Positions 57,368 through 64,000 of a DNA stretch of 64,000 nt are shown piece after piece; the first letter of the stretch is position 1, and each line of letters opens with the position of its first letter. The position numbers and the translations under genes were made by a program. The notes below the pieces were generated by a model. It was not told where the DNA came from, made no database searches, and worked only from the letters and a program-made list of their open reading frames with translations. The DNA is taken from positions 320,001 to 384,000 of the forward strand of contig CAWIEK010000049.1 in the NCBI GenBank assembly GCA_963835065.1, given 5' to 3'. This stretch comes from an uncultured Chthonomonadaceae bacterium. GTDB lineage: Bacteria; Armatimonadota; Chthonomonadetes; Chthonomonadales; Chthonomonadaceae.

Positions 57368-57396
57368 TTGACGATACGATGCAGTGGGATTATACT
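57368..57396 (+). promoter_or_regulatory. Sigma70-type promoter for nicotinamidase operon
   Basis: TTGACG-N17-TATACT; AGGAG RBS downstream. Confidence 0.7.
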
Positions 57397-57425
57397 TCCA
57401 TTTGCAGATTTGACAGGAGACTTCA

Positions 57426-58229
57426 ATGGCAACAACAGTACATCTGGTCGTGATTGACCCGCAGGTGGATTTCTGCGATCCGCGCGGCGCGCTGTATGTG
57501 ACGGGCGCGGAATCGGACATGGCGCGGCTGGCGCGGATGGTCGGGCGGCTTTCCACCAAACTCGACGACATTCACGTCACGCTGGACTCGCACCGCCTGA
57601 TTGACGTGGCGCACCCTATCTTCTGGAAAAACTCGGCGGGACGGATGCCCGCGCCCTTTACCATCATTACGGCCAAAGACGTGGAAAATGGCCGGTGGAC
57701 GCCTGTGCTGCCGGGCATGATGCGGCGGATGCTGACATACGTGCAGACGCTGGAAGCCAACGGACGCTACCCGCTCTGCATCTGGCCGCCTCACTGCCTG
57801 ATTGGATCGCCGGGGCACTGCGTTGTTCCCGAACTGCACCAGGCGCTGCAATGCTGGGAACAGCAGCGCTTTGCGATGGTGGATTACGTGACCAAAGGCT
57901 CCAACCCGTGGACAGAACACTACAGCGCCATTGTCGCCGACGTGCCCGACCCGTCCGACCCCGGCACACAGATCAATACCGCGTTCATCAAGACGCTGAT
58001 GGAAGCCGATATTGTCGCCATTGCCGGCGAAGCGGGCAGCCATTGCCTGTCCAACACGGTGCGCGACGTCGCCAACAATTTCGGCGATGACAGTTATGTG
58101 AAACGCCTTGTCCTGCTCGAAGACGCCACCAGTCCCGTACCCGGCTTCGAGCCGTTCCAAACCGACTTCATTAAAGAGATGAAAGCGCGGGGGATGCAGA
58201 TTAGCAATACGCGAGATTTTCTGAGTTAG
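57426..58229 (+). CDS. Nicotinamidase/isochorismatase family cysteine hydrolase (PncA-like)
   Basis: IDPQVDF, DSH, WPPHC, KG.N..TEHYS, GEAGSHC. Confidence 0.88.
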   Translation: MATTVHLVVIDPQVDFCDPRGALYVTGAESDMARLARMVGRLSTKLDDIHVTLDSHRLIDVAHPIFWKNSAGRMPAPFTIITAKDVENGRWTPVLPGMMRRMLTYVQTLEANGRYPLCIWPPHCLIGSPGHCVVPELHQALQCWEQQRFAMVDYVTKGSNPWTEHYSAIVADVPDPSDPGTQINTAFIKTLMEADIVAIAGEAGSHCLSNTVRDVANNFGDDSYVKRLVLLEDATSPVPGFEPFQTDFIKEMKARGMQISNTRDFLS

Positions 58230-58345
58230 GTTTCAGGTATCAGGTGTCAGGTGTCAGGCAATGCAATCTGCTTTGCTAAACTTTGCAAAGGCAATAGATG
58301 TGAACAGCATTACCCTGAAACCTGAAACCTGAAACCTGAAACCTG
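58228..58345. repeat. Inverted heptamer arrays (CAGGTNT)n / (CCTGAAA)n
   Basis: Directly visible in intergenic gap. Confidence 0.85.
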
Positions 58346-58355
58346 GAGCCTACCA

Positions 58356-59099
58356 ATGCCTATCTTTACCGACGCCACCTTACAGCAGCACGCGCTGCCT
58401 TCCGGCCAATACGGCTTTTCCGCCACCCGGCTGGACGATCTCGGCGCAACCGAATACACGCTTGTCACCATTGTTTGCGACGCCTCTCCGAGCGTCGCCG
58501 GGTTTGTCAAGGAGATGGAAAACTGCCTTGTGGAAATCGTCAAGGCGTGTAAATTCTCACCCCGCGCCGACAACCTGATGATTCGGCTGGTCACGTTTGC
58601 GACTGGCATGACGGAAGCGCACGGCTTCAAATTGCTGGAACAGTGCAATCTCAACGACTACAAGAACATCATCAAAACCTATGGCGGCACGGCCCTCTAC
58701 GACGCGGCGGAAAACGCCATTTCCGCCGTTTCCACATACGGGAGGCAGTTGACGAACGCGGATTTCGCCACCAACGGCATCGTGTTCGTCATTACGGATG
58801 GCGAAGACAACGCTTCCAAACTGAGCGTTCGCAGTGTCCGGGACGCGCTGGCAAGCGCCACCCAAACCGAAGCGCTGGAATCACTGATTTCCATTCTGGT
58901 CGGCGTCAACGTGCAGGACCCGAACATCGGCGCGTACTTGCAGGACTTCAAAAACGAGGCCGGTTTCACGCAGTACGTGGAGCTGGGCCAGGCTGACGCC
59001 AAAGCCCTTGCGAAACTGGCCGACTTCGTTTCGCGCAGCATCTCCGCCCAGAGCAAGGCGCTGGGCAGCGGCGGCTCCTCGCAAATCCTGACATTCTAA
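58356..59099 (+). CDS. vWA domain protein (TerY/YegL-like)
   Basis: DASPS MIDAS-like, GGTALYDA, VITDGEDNAS. Confidence 0.88.
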   Translation: MPIFTDATLQQHALPSGQYGFSATRLDDLGATEYTLVTIVCDASPSVAGFVKEMENCLVEIVKACKFSPRADNLMIRLVTFATGMTEAHGFKLLEQCNLNDYKNIIKTYGGTALYDAAENAISAVSTYGRQLTNADFATNGIVFVITDGEDNASKLSVRSVRDALASATQTEALESLISILVGVNVQDPNIGAYLQDFKNEAGFTQYVELGQADAKALAKLADFVSRSISAQSKALGSGGSSQILTF

Positions 59100-59105
59100 A
59101 TGTAG

Positions 59106-59251
59106 TTTCACCACCAAGACGCCAAGAACACCAAGAAAGACAAAGAAAAGACAAAGAAAAGATCAAGAAGCGAAACGAAGACGAGTTAAAGCAACGCTTT
59201 TTCTGCTGTTCCTTGTCTTTTCTTGGTGTTCTTGGCGTCTTGGTGGTGAAA
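59106..59251. repeat. Long inverted repeat built of 9-mers
   Basis: TTTCACCACCAAGACGCCAAGAACACCAAGAAA ... TTTCTTGGTGTTCTTGGCGTCTTGGTGGTGAAA. Confidence 0.9.
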
Positions 59252-59273
59252 TTCTCTTTTGTTGGAGGCTGAG

Positions 59274-60176
59274 ATGGTACACGCGGATGGCGCGTTTCGG
59301 ATGGGCAGGACGCATCTGGTTTGTCAGGACTATGTGGCAGTGGCGGCAGGAGAGTTTCCCTGCGTCCTGCTGGCGGATGGCTGCTCGTCGTCACCGGACA
59401 CGGACGTAGGGGCGCGGCTGTTAGCGCGGTCTGCGCTTTCCTACGCTGCGTGTTTGTCGGATGCAGTCTCGCGGCTTGATGCCTCCCCTTCTCTCATGCC
59501 TTTTTGGGAGCAGGGGCCGGGGGTTGAGGGCGACCTGCAAACAGCCTTACAGCAGTATCATCAGCAGGCGGTTTGTGACGCCGGAAGCTATGCCGCCGCC
59601 CTGCATCTTTCCGAGACGGCTCTGGATGCCACGCTGCTGACGCTGATGGTTTGCGGGCAGAAATGGTTTGCGTCCGTGTTTGGCGATGGCGTTGTGGCGG
59701 CGTTGAATTGCGCGGGCGAGTTGGAAGTAACGGTCGTGTCTTATCTTGGCGGCTACCCCTGCTACCCGAACTACCTTGCCGATGCCGAACGTCGCAATGC
59801 TTTTTTCAAGCAAAAGGACAATCTGCGGCAAATCGAAACCTTCCGCATCAATGCGCAGGGTTGTGTCTGCGACCGCCGACAGGAAACGTGTTCGCCGGAT
59901 ATGGCCTGCCCGTTTTTCATGGGAGATGTTGAAGATTACCATTGGGTCGCCGCGCTGTCCGATGGCGTTCACTCCTTCACGACAAGCAAACCGGGCAATT
60001 GCCGCGTGAATGTCCCTCTGCCCGTTGAAGAAGTGCTGCCGGAACTGCTGGCCTTCAAAACGTTCGGCGGTCAGTTCGCGCAGCGCCGGATGCAAAAGTT
60101 TCAGCAGCAGTGCGCCGCCCGCCACTGGCAGCACCATGATGATGTGGCGATGGGAGTTATTGTCAATGCTGAGTGA
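59274..60176 (+). CDS. PP2C-like phosphatase (PphC/YegK-like)
   Basis: GGAGG RBS; H..CQD, ADGCSS, GDG, SDG, DD motifs. Confidence 0.88.
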   Translation: MVHADGAFRMGRTHLVCQDYVAVAAGEFPCVLLADGCSSSPDTDVGARLLARSALSYAACLSDAVSRLDASPSLMPFWEQGPGVEGDLQTALQQYHQQAVCDAGSYAAALHLSETALDATLLTLMVCGQKWFASVFGDGVVAALNCAGELEVTVVSYLGGYPCYPNYLADAERRNAFFKQKDNLRQIETFRINAQGCVCDRRQETCSPDMACPFFMGDVEDYHWVAALSDGVHSFTTSKPGNCRVNVPLPVEEVLPELLAFKTFGGQFAQRRMQKFQQQCAARHWQHHDDVAMGVIVNAE

Positions 60177-60256
60177 GCTGAGTGCTGAATGATGAATTCA
60201 GAATTCGCATATTCATCATTCATCATTCAGCACTTCAGCATTTCTGGAGCGCTGCT

Positions 60257-61930
60257 ATGGACATATTCATCAAAGGCAAAGGCAAAGTGTCGCTGGGGCA
60301 GGGAGATTTTGTGGCGCAGGGCGGGGAGGGAGCCGTTTACGCGAAGGGCGATACCGCTTACAAGATTTATGGCGATCCGGGCAAGATGATTGCGCCTGCG
60401 AAAATTCAGGAATTGTCCGCGCTGTCGCTGCCGACGATTATTCGTCCCTGCGATGTGCTGCTGGACAGGAGCAATATGCCGATTGGCTATTCCATGCCCC
60501 GCGTCAGGGATGCAGTTGCGCTGTGCCAGGCGTTTACCCGCGCGTTTCGGGAACGGAACAATCTGACACCTGACGCGATGCTGGCGCTGGTGCGCAAACT
60601 TCAGGAGGGCGTTCAGCATGTGCATGACAGGGGGATGCTGATCGTTGATTTGAACGAGATGAACTTTCTGCTGGACGCGAAACTGAGCGACGTGCTGTTT
60701 ATTGACGTGGACAGTTACCAGACGCCCGGCTTCAAGGCCACCGCGCTGATGGACAGCGTCCGCGACCGCCATTGCCACAACAACCAATTCACGCCGGATA
60801 CGGATTGGTTTTCGTTCGGCATCGTCAGCTTTCAAATGTTTATCGGCATCCATCCGTACAAGGGCAAGCATCCGAGCATTGCCGATATGGACGCGCGCAT
60901 GTTGCAGAACATCAGCGCGTTGAACAAAGCGGTAACTGTTCCCAAAGTGTGTTACGCTTTTGATGTGATTCCGCAGGCGTATCTTTGCTGGTACAGGGCC
61001 GTGTTCGAGGGGGGAAAGCGGTGCGCGCCGCCGTTCGATTTGAACGCGCCCGTGCTGCTGTCGCCCACCGTGCAGCGCGTGACCGGCAGCGACAAACTGC
61101 AAGTCCGGGCGCTCGGCGTGTTTCCCGCGCCGCTGATTCTGCCCATCCCGCAGGCAGGCCCGTTGTGCGGCGTGACCGCGCAGGGCGTCACTTTGCGCGG
61201 CAAGGTTCTGGTTCCCGACAGCAACGCCCGTATTATTTTCACGCCGCGCATGAACACGCTGCTTGCGGCCACACTGCAAAGTGGAAAAGTGCGCTTCTTC
61301 GACATCATGCAGAACAAAGCGCTTGCGGGGGAACTCGACGCGGAAGCCATGACCACGTATGGCAATCGGCTGACCCTCAAAAACGGCATGGGATTGTACG
61401 AAGTGGAGTTTCTGGAACTGACCAATGCGCCGCAACCGATGCTGAAAATGATTGCCAACGTTCTGCCCAACGCCACGCAGGTATTTGATGGCATGGCGGT
61501 ACAAAACCTGCTCGGCGCGGCCTATGTTTCGCTGTTTCCCCGCGCCGGCCATTGCCATTCGGTTCGCATCAAGGAGTTGGACGGGCATCGGATCGTAGAC
61601 GGCAAATTCGACAACAACGTCCTGATGCTTGTCGGGGAACGCAGCGGCGTGTATACAAAATATATCCTGCGCTTCGACACATCCTATGCCACTTACGACA
61701 TACGCATCATCAACGACATTGCATACGCAGGCTTGAACTTCGTCACGCTGGACAACGGCATCTGCCTGCATCTAAACGAGAACGAAGAACTGGAAATCTT
61801 TGCCAGCCGCATCCACGCGAACGGCCTGAACATCCTTGCCGACGCCACCTTGCAGGACGCACGCCTGTTCAAGCACGGCACACAAGCCCTGTTCAGCCGA
61901 AACGACACGCTTTACAGCATGAAAATGTAG
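60257..61930 (+). CDS. Ser/Thr kinase (YegI-like) with beta-rich C-terminal domain
   Basis: GGEGAVY, AYKIY, DLNEMN, IDVDSY, DWFSF, HPYKG. Confidence 0.88.
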   Translation: MDIFIKGKGKVSLGQGDFVAQGGEGAVYAKGDTAYKIYGDPGKMIAPAKIQELSALSLPTIIRPCDVLLDRSNMPIGYSMPRVRDAVALCQAFTRAFRERNNLTPDAMLALVRKLQEGVQHVHDRGMLIVDLNEMNFLLDAKLSDVLFIDVDSYQTPGFKATALMDSVRDRHCHNNQFTPDTDWFSFGIVSFQMFIGIHPYKGKHPSIADMDARMLQNISALNKAVTVPKVCYAFDVIPQAYLCWYRAVFEGGKRCAPPFDLNAPVLLSPTVQRVTGSDKLQVRALGVFPAPLILPIPQAGPLCGVTAQGVTLRGKVLVPDSNARIIFTPRMNTLLAATLQSGKVRFFDIMQNKALAGELDAEAMTTYGNRLTLKNGMGLYEVEFLELTNAPQPMLKMIANVLPNATQVFDGMAVQNLLGAAYVSLFPRAGHCHSVRIKELDGHRIVDGKFDNNVLMLVGERSGVYTKYILRFDTSYATYDIRIINDIAYAGLNFVTLDNGICLHLNENEELEIFASRIHANGLNILADATLQDARLFKHGTQALFSRNDTLYSMKM

Positions 61931-61968
61931 TAGTCGCCAATGTCTGCATAAGTACCGGAGGATTTACA

Positions 61969-63117
61969 ATGATTTTCATTCGTCCGCCCCTCTTGTGGGG
62001 CTTACTTATCATTTGCGTAGGCTCACTTAGTCAGACCAAATTGCCGTTTGCTTCGATGCGCGTTCATACCGGACATTCTGAGTCGTTGCCCGTTCGCACA
62101 GAGGCTGTACCTATGTACAAACTTGTCGAACTCGAAGTTTTGCCGAATTGTGAAAACAACCACCCCGCCGCTATAAACGCGCAGGGGCAGGTGACAGGCA
62201 TCTGTTACTGGGCAAATGACCGTAACCGCTCTTATGTATGGACAAAGGGAGCGCTGCGCGATCTTGGTTCTTTGGGAAACAAACAGTGTGACGCGCAATC
62301 CCTCAATGATGCAGGACAGATCGTAGGCATGTCACCTCTCAGCATTGGCGGCAGCCACGCCTTTCTATGGCAACGCGGACATATCACTGATCTTGGAACG
62401 CTAGGCGGACGCAATAGTTTTGCTTGCAGCATCAACAACAAAGGGCATATACTTGGTGATGCAGAAACAGCCAACGGCAAAGCACAGCCGGTTTTATGGG
62501 ATAAAAACGGCGTACATGATTTGAGCGCCCTTATTCCGTCCGGCAGCAGGCTTGTTGCCATCAATGATCAGGAACAAATCGTTGGCTGGACAAGAACAAG
62601 CACAGCAACGGTTGGTTTCCTGCTGGATCATGGCAAACTAACACGCATCGCTCCGATGAAAACTCGCTACTGTCTTGTCAATGGCATCAATGCGCAAGGT
62701 GACATAGTAGGATTGTATGAAGCAGGCTCCTATACGCGCGCTTTTCTCTGGCGGCATGGCAACACAACGGATTTGGGCATGCTGCACGGCGGCAATAGCA
62801 GTTCGGCGCGTGGCATCAATAATAAGGGGCAGATTGTCGGCATTGCGTTTACAAATAAAGACGTTGGACACGCTTTTCTCTGGCAAAACGGCAAAATGCT
62901 CGACCTCAATGAACATATCACGGAGGGCAGCGCATGGAGATTGGAATGTGCCGTCAGCATAAACGATACTGGTGAAATCGTGGGTATAGGCTGGCATAAG
63001 GATAAGCTGACCGGCTTTTTGCTTATCCCAACACGCGCCGAAAATCAACAACTCCCCATGTTCCCTACTTCTGCTTCACTTTGGAAATCCGTTTCGTGGG
63101 AGAGGATTGGGTTTTAG
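61969..63117 (+). CDS. Exported HAF-repeat protein
   Basis: GGAGG RBS; signal peptide; HAFLW...DLGTLGG..S.A..IN..GQIVG repeats. Confidence 0.9.
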   Translation: MIFIRPPLLWGLLIICVGSLSQTKLPFASMRVHTGHSESLPVRTEAVPMYKLVELEVLPNCENNHPAAINAQGQVTGICYWANDRNRSYVWTKGALRDLGSLGNKQCDAQSLNDAGQIVGMSPLSIGGSHAFLWQRGHITDLGTLGGRNSFACSINNKGHILGDAETANGKAQPVLWDKNGVHDLSALIPSGSRLVAINDQEQIVGWTRTSTATVGFLLDHGKLTRIAPMKTRYCLVNGINAQGDIVGLYEAGSYTRAFLWRHGNTTDLGMLHGGNSSSARGINNKGQIVGIAFTNKDVGHAFLWQNGKMLDLNEHITEGSAWRLECAVSINDTGEIVGIGWHKDKLTGFLLIPTRAENQQLPMFPTSASLWKSVSWERIGF

Positions 63118-63122
63118 TATTA

Positions 63123-63166
63123 GCCCCTCTCCCATGCTTTTTTGGGAGAGGGGTTGGGGTGAGGGC
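63123..63166. repeat. REP-like palindrome between convergent genes
   Basis: CCCCTCTCCCA...TGGGAGAGGGGTTGGGGTGAGGGC; related copy at about 59481-59531. Confidence 0.7.
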
Positions 63167-63167
63167 T

Positions 63168-64000
63168 TCACTTGCCTGCCGGGGAAAACTCTATTAAGAA
63201 CGTCGGATTGATTTGATTGGTGTTGTACACAATCATCTCGTTGTTAGCGACGCCGGATTTACCGCCGATGGCAAAGGTGCTGTCTGTGCCGGGTTTGGGC
63301 AAGGCTTGCGAGGGGCCGGGCGGCGTGTAGGAAACGCCCATTGCCACTTCGCACAGGAACATATAGCAGTTGTCCTGCCGCTTGCCGTCCCAAAATCCAA
63401 AGGCGTAATTGAGCGACTTGGTGGACTGGTCGCTGAAATAAGCGCCATTGCCAAACATTCTCCCGGTTACGAACGGCGCGTTGGTGGGCGGGATGTAAAA
63501 GCCGGTTTTCAGGATGGACAGCAGGTTGGAGGCTTTCGTGCCGTGCCATAGCTCCTGCACGTTGCCTACTTTGCAGCCTTCCACAAACGCGCGCTGCATG
63601 GCCGTGATTTCTACGGAAAACACGCGCTTCACGTCCAGATGGGCGCAGGCATGCATGGCTTGCAGCGTGGCGTGGTACCTGGCGCGGATGCGGGCGATCT
63701 GAGCGGCCTCATCCACCAGATTCAGCTTGGCCTCGAACAACTTGGGCAGGGGCGCTTGCGCTTCATTTTCGGGCGCGGAAAGCACGGTTTGCAGGCTGGC
63801 TTCCAGCCCGTCCAGAATGTTGTTTTGCGCCTGTACTGCTTCCAAATCCGGGTACAGGACTTTCGGGTCGGGCCGGCCCCTGCCGATATTTTGGGGCACG
63901 AGCATCAGGTAATCGTTGAGTTTGTGGAGGAAGCAGGTATTGCCGTAATCCTGCGCGTGAACGAAAGCGCTGATGTCGGTCAACAATTCCCGCGCTTCCT
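63168..64000 (-). CDS. PARP-like ADP-ribosyltransferase catalytic domain protein (5' truncated by window)
   Basis: LWHGT, GRMFGNGAYFSDQSTKSLNY, NNEMIVY: H-Y-E triad. Confidence 0.9.
   Translation of the reverse strand, partial: EARELLTDISAFVHAQDYGNTCFLHKLNDYLMLVPQNIGRGRPDPKVLYPDLEAVQAQNNILDGLEASLQTVLSAPENEAQAPLPKLFEAKLNLVDEAAQIARIRARYHATLQAMHACAHLDVKRVFSVEITAMQRAFVEGCKVGNVQELWHGTKASNLLSILKTGFYIPPTNAPFVTGRMFGNGAYFSDQSTKSLNYAFGFWDGKRQDNCYMFLCEVAMGVSYTPPGPSQALPKPGTDSTFAIGGKSGVANNEMIVYNTNQINPTFLIEFSPAGK

Noticed and set aside
60227..61771. Long antisense ORFs (also 14673, 29354, 32275, 47640, 49359)
   Set aside because: Shadows of high-GC codon usage opposite well-supported genes

Overview
GC-rich bacterial chromosome segment; gene style and repeat content suggest Armatimonadota, but that is inference only. 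Housekeeping content: metH, mutL, Nei- and Nth-type glycosylases, a dtxR-feoA-feoB cluster, mqnE, a GH13 amylase, an MtfA-like peptidase, a PAS/NarL two-component pair, and a stand-alone 23S-5S rRNA unit with no 16S, whose 23S carries three repeat-derived insertions. Four accessory loci stand out. (1) A sigma-factor-like gene coupled to a double zinc-finger anti-sigma fused to a DAACS transporter that lacks a conserved Na+-site Asp. (2) A RelE-like gene coupled to a stand-alone DUF4263/Shedu-like nuclease gene. (3) An array of five short Rhs core+toxin genes, each with its own start codon; three lie 1 nt after the stop of an Rhs-repeat remnant, suggesting a split Rhs. (4) A STAND/SARP regulator-pncB unit divergent from a nicotinamidase-vWA-PP2C-kinase (TerY-P-like) operon, next to a PARP-domain gene. 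Heptamer/nonamer tandem repeats, often in inverted pairs, occur between genes, in-frame within genes and within the 23S. Several single-base frameshifts may be assembly errors.
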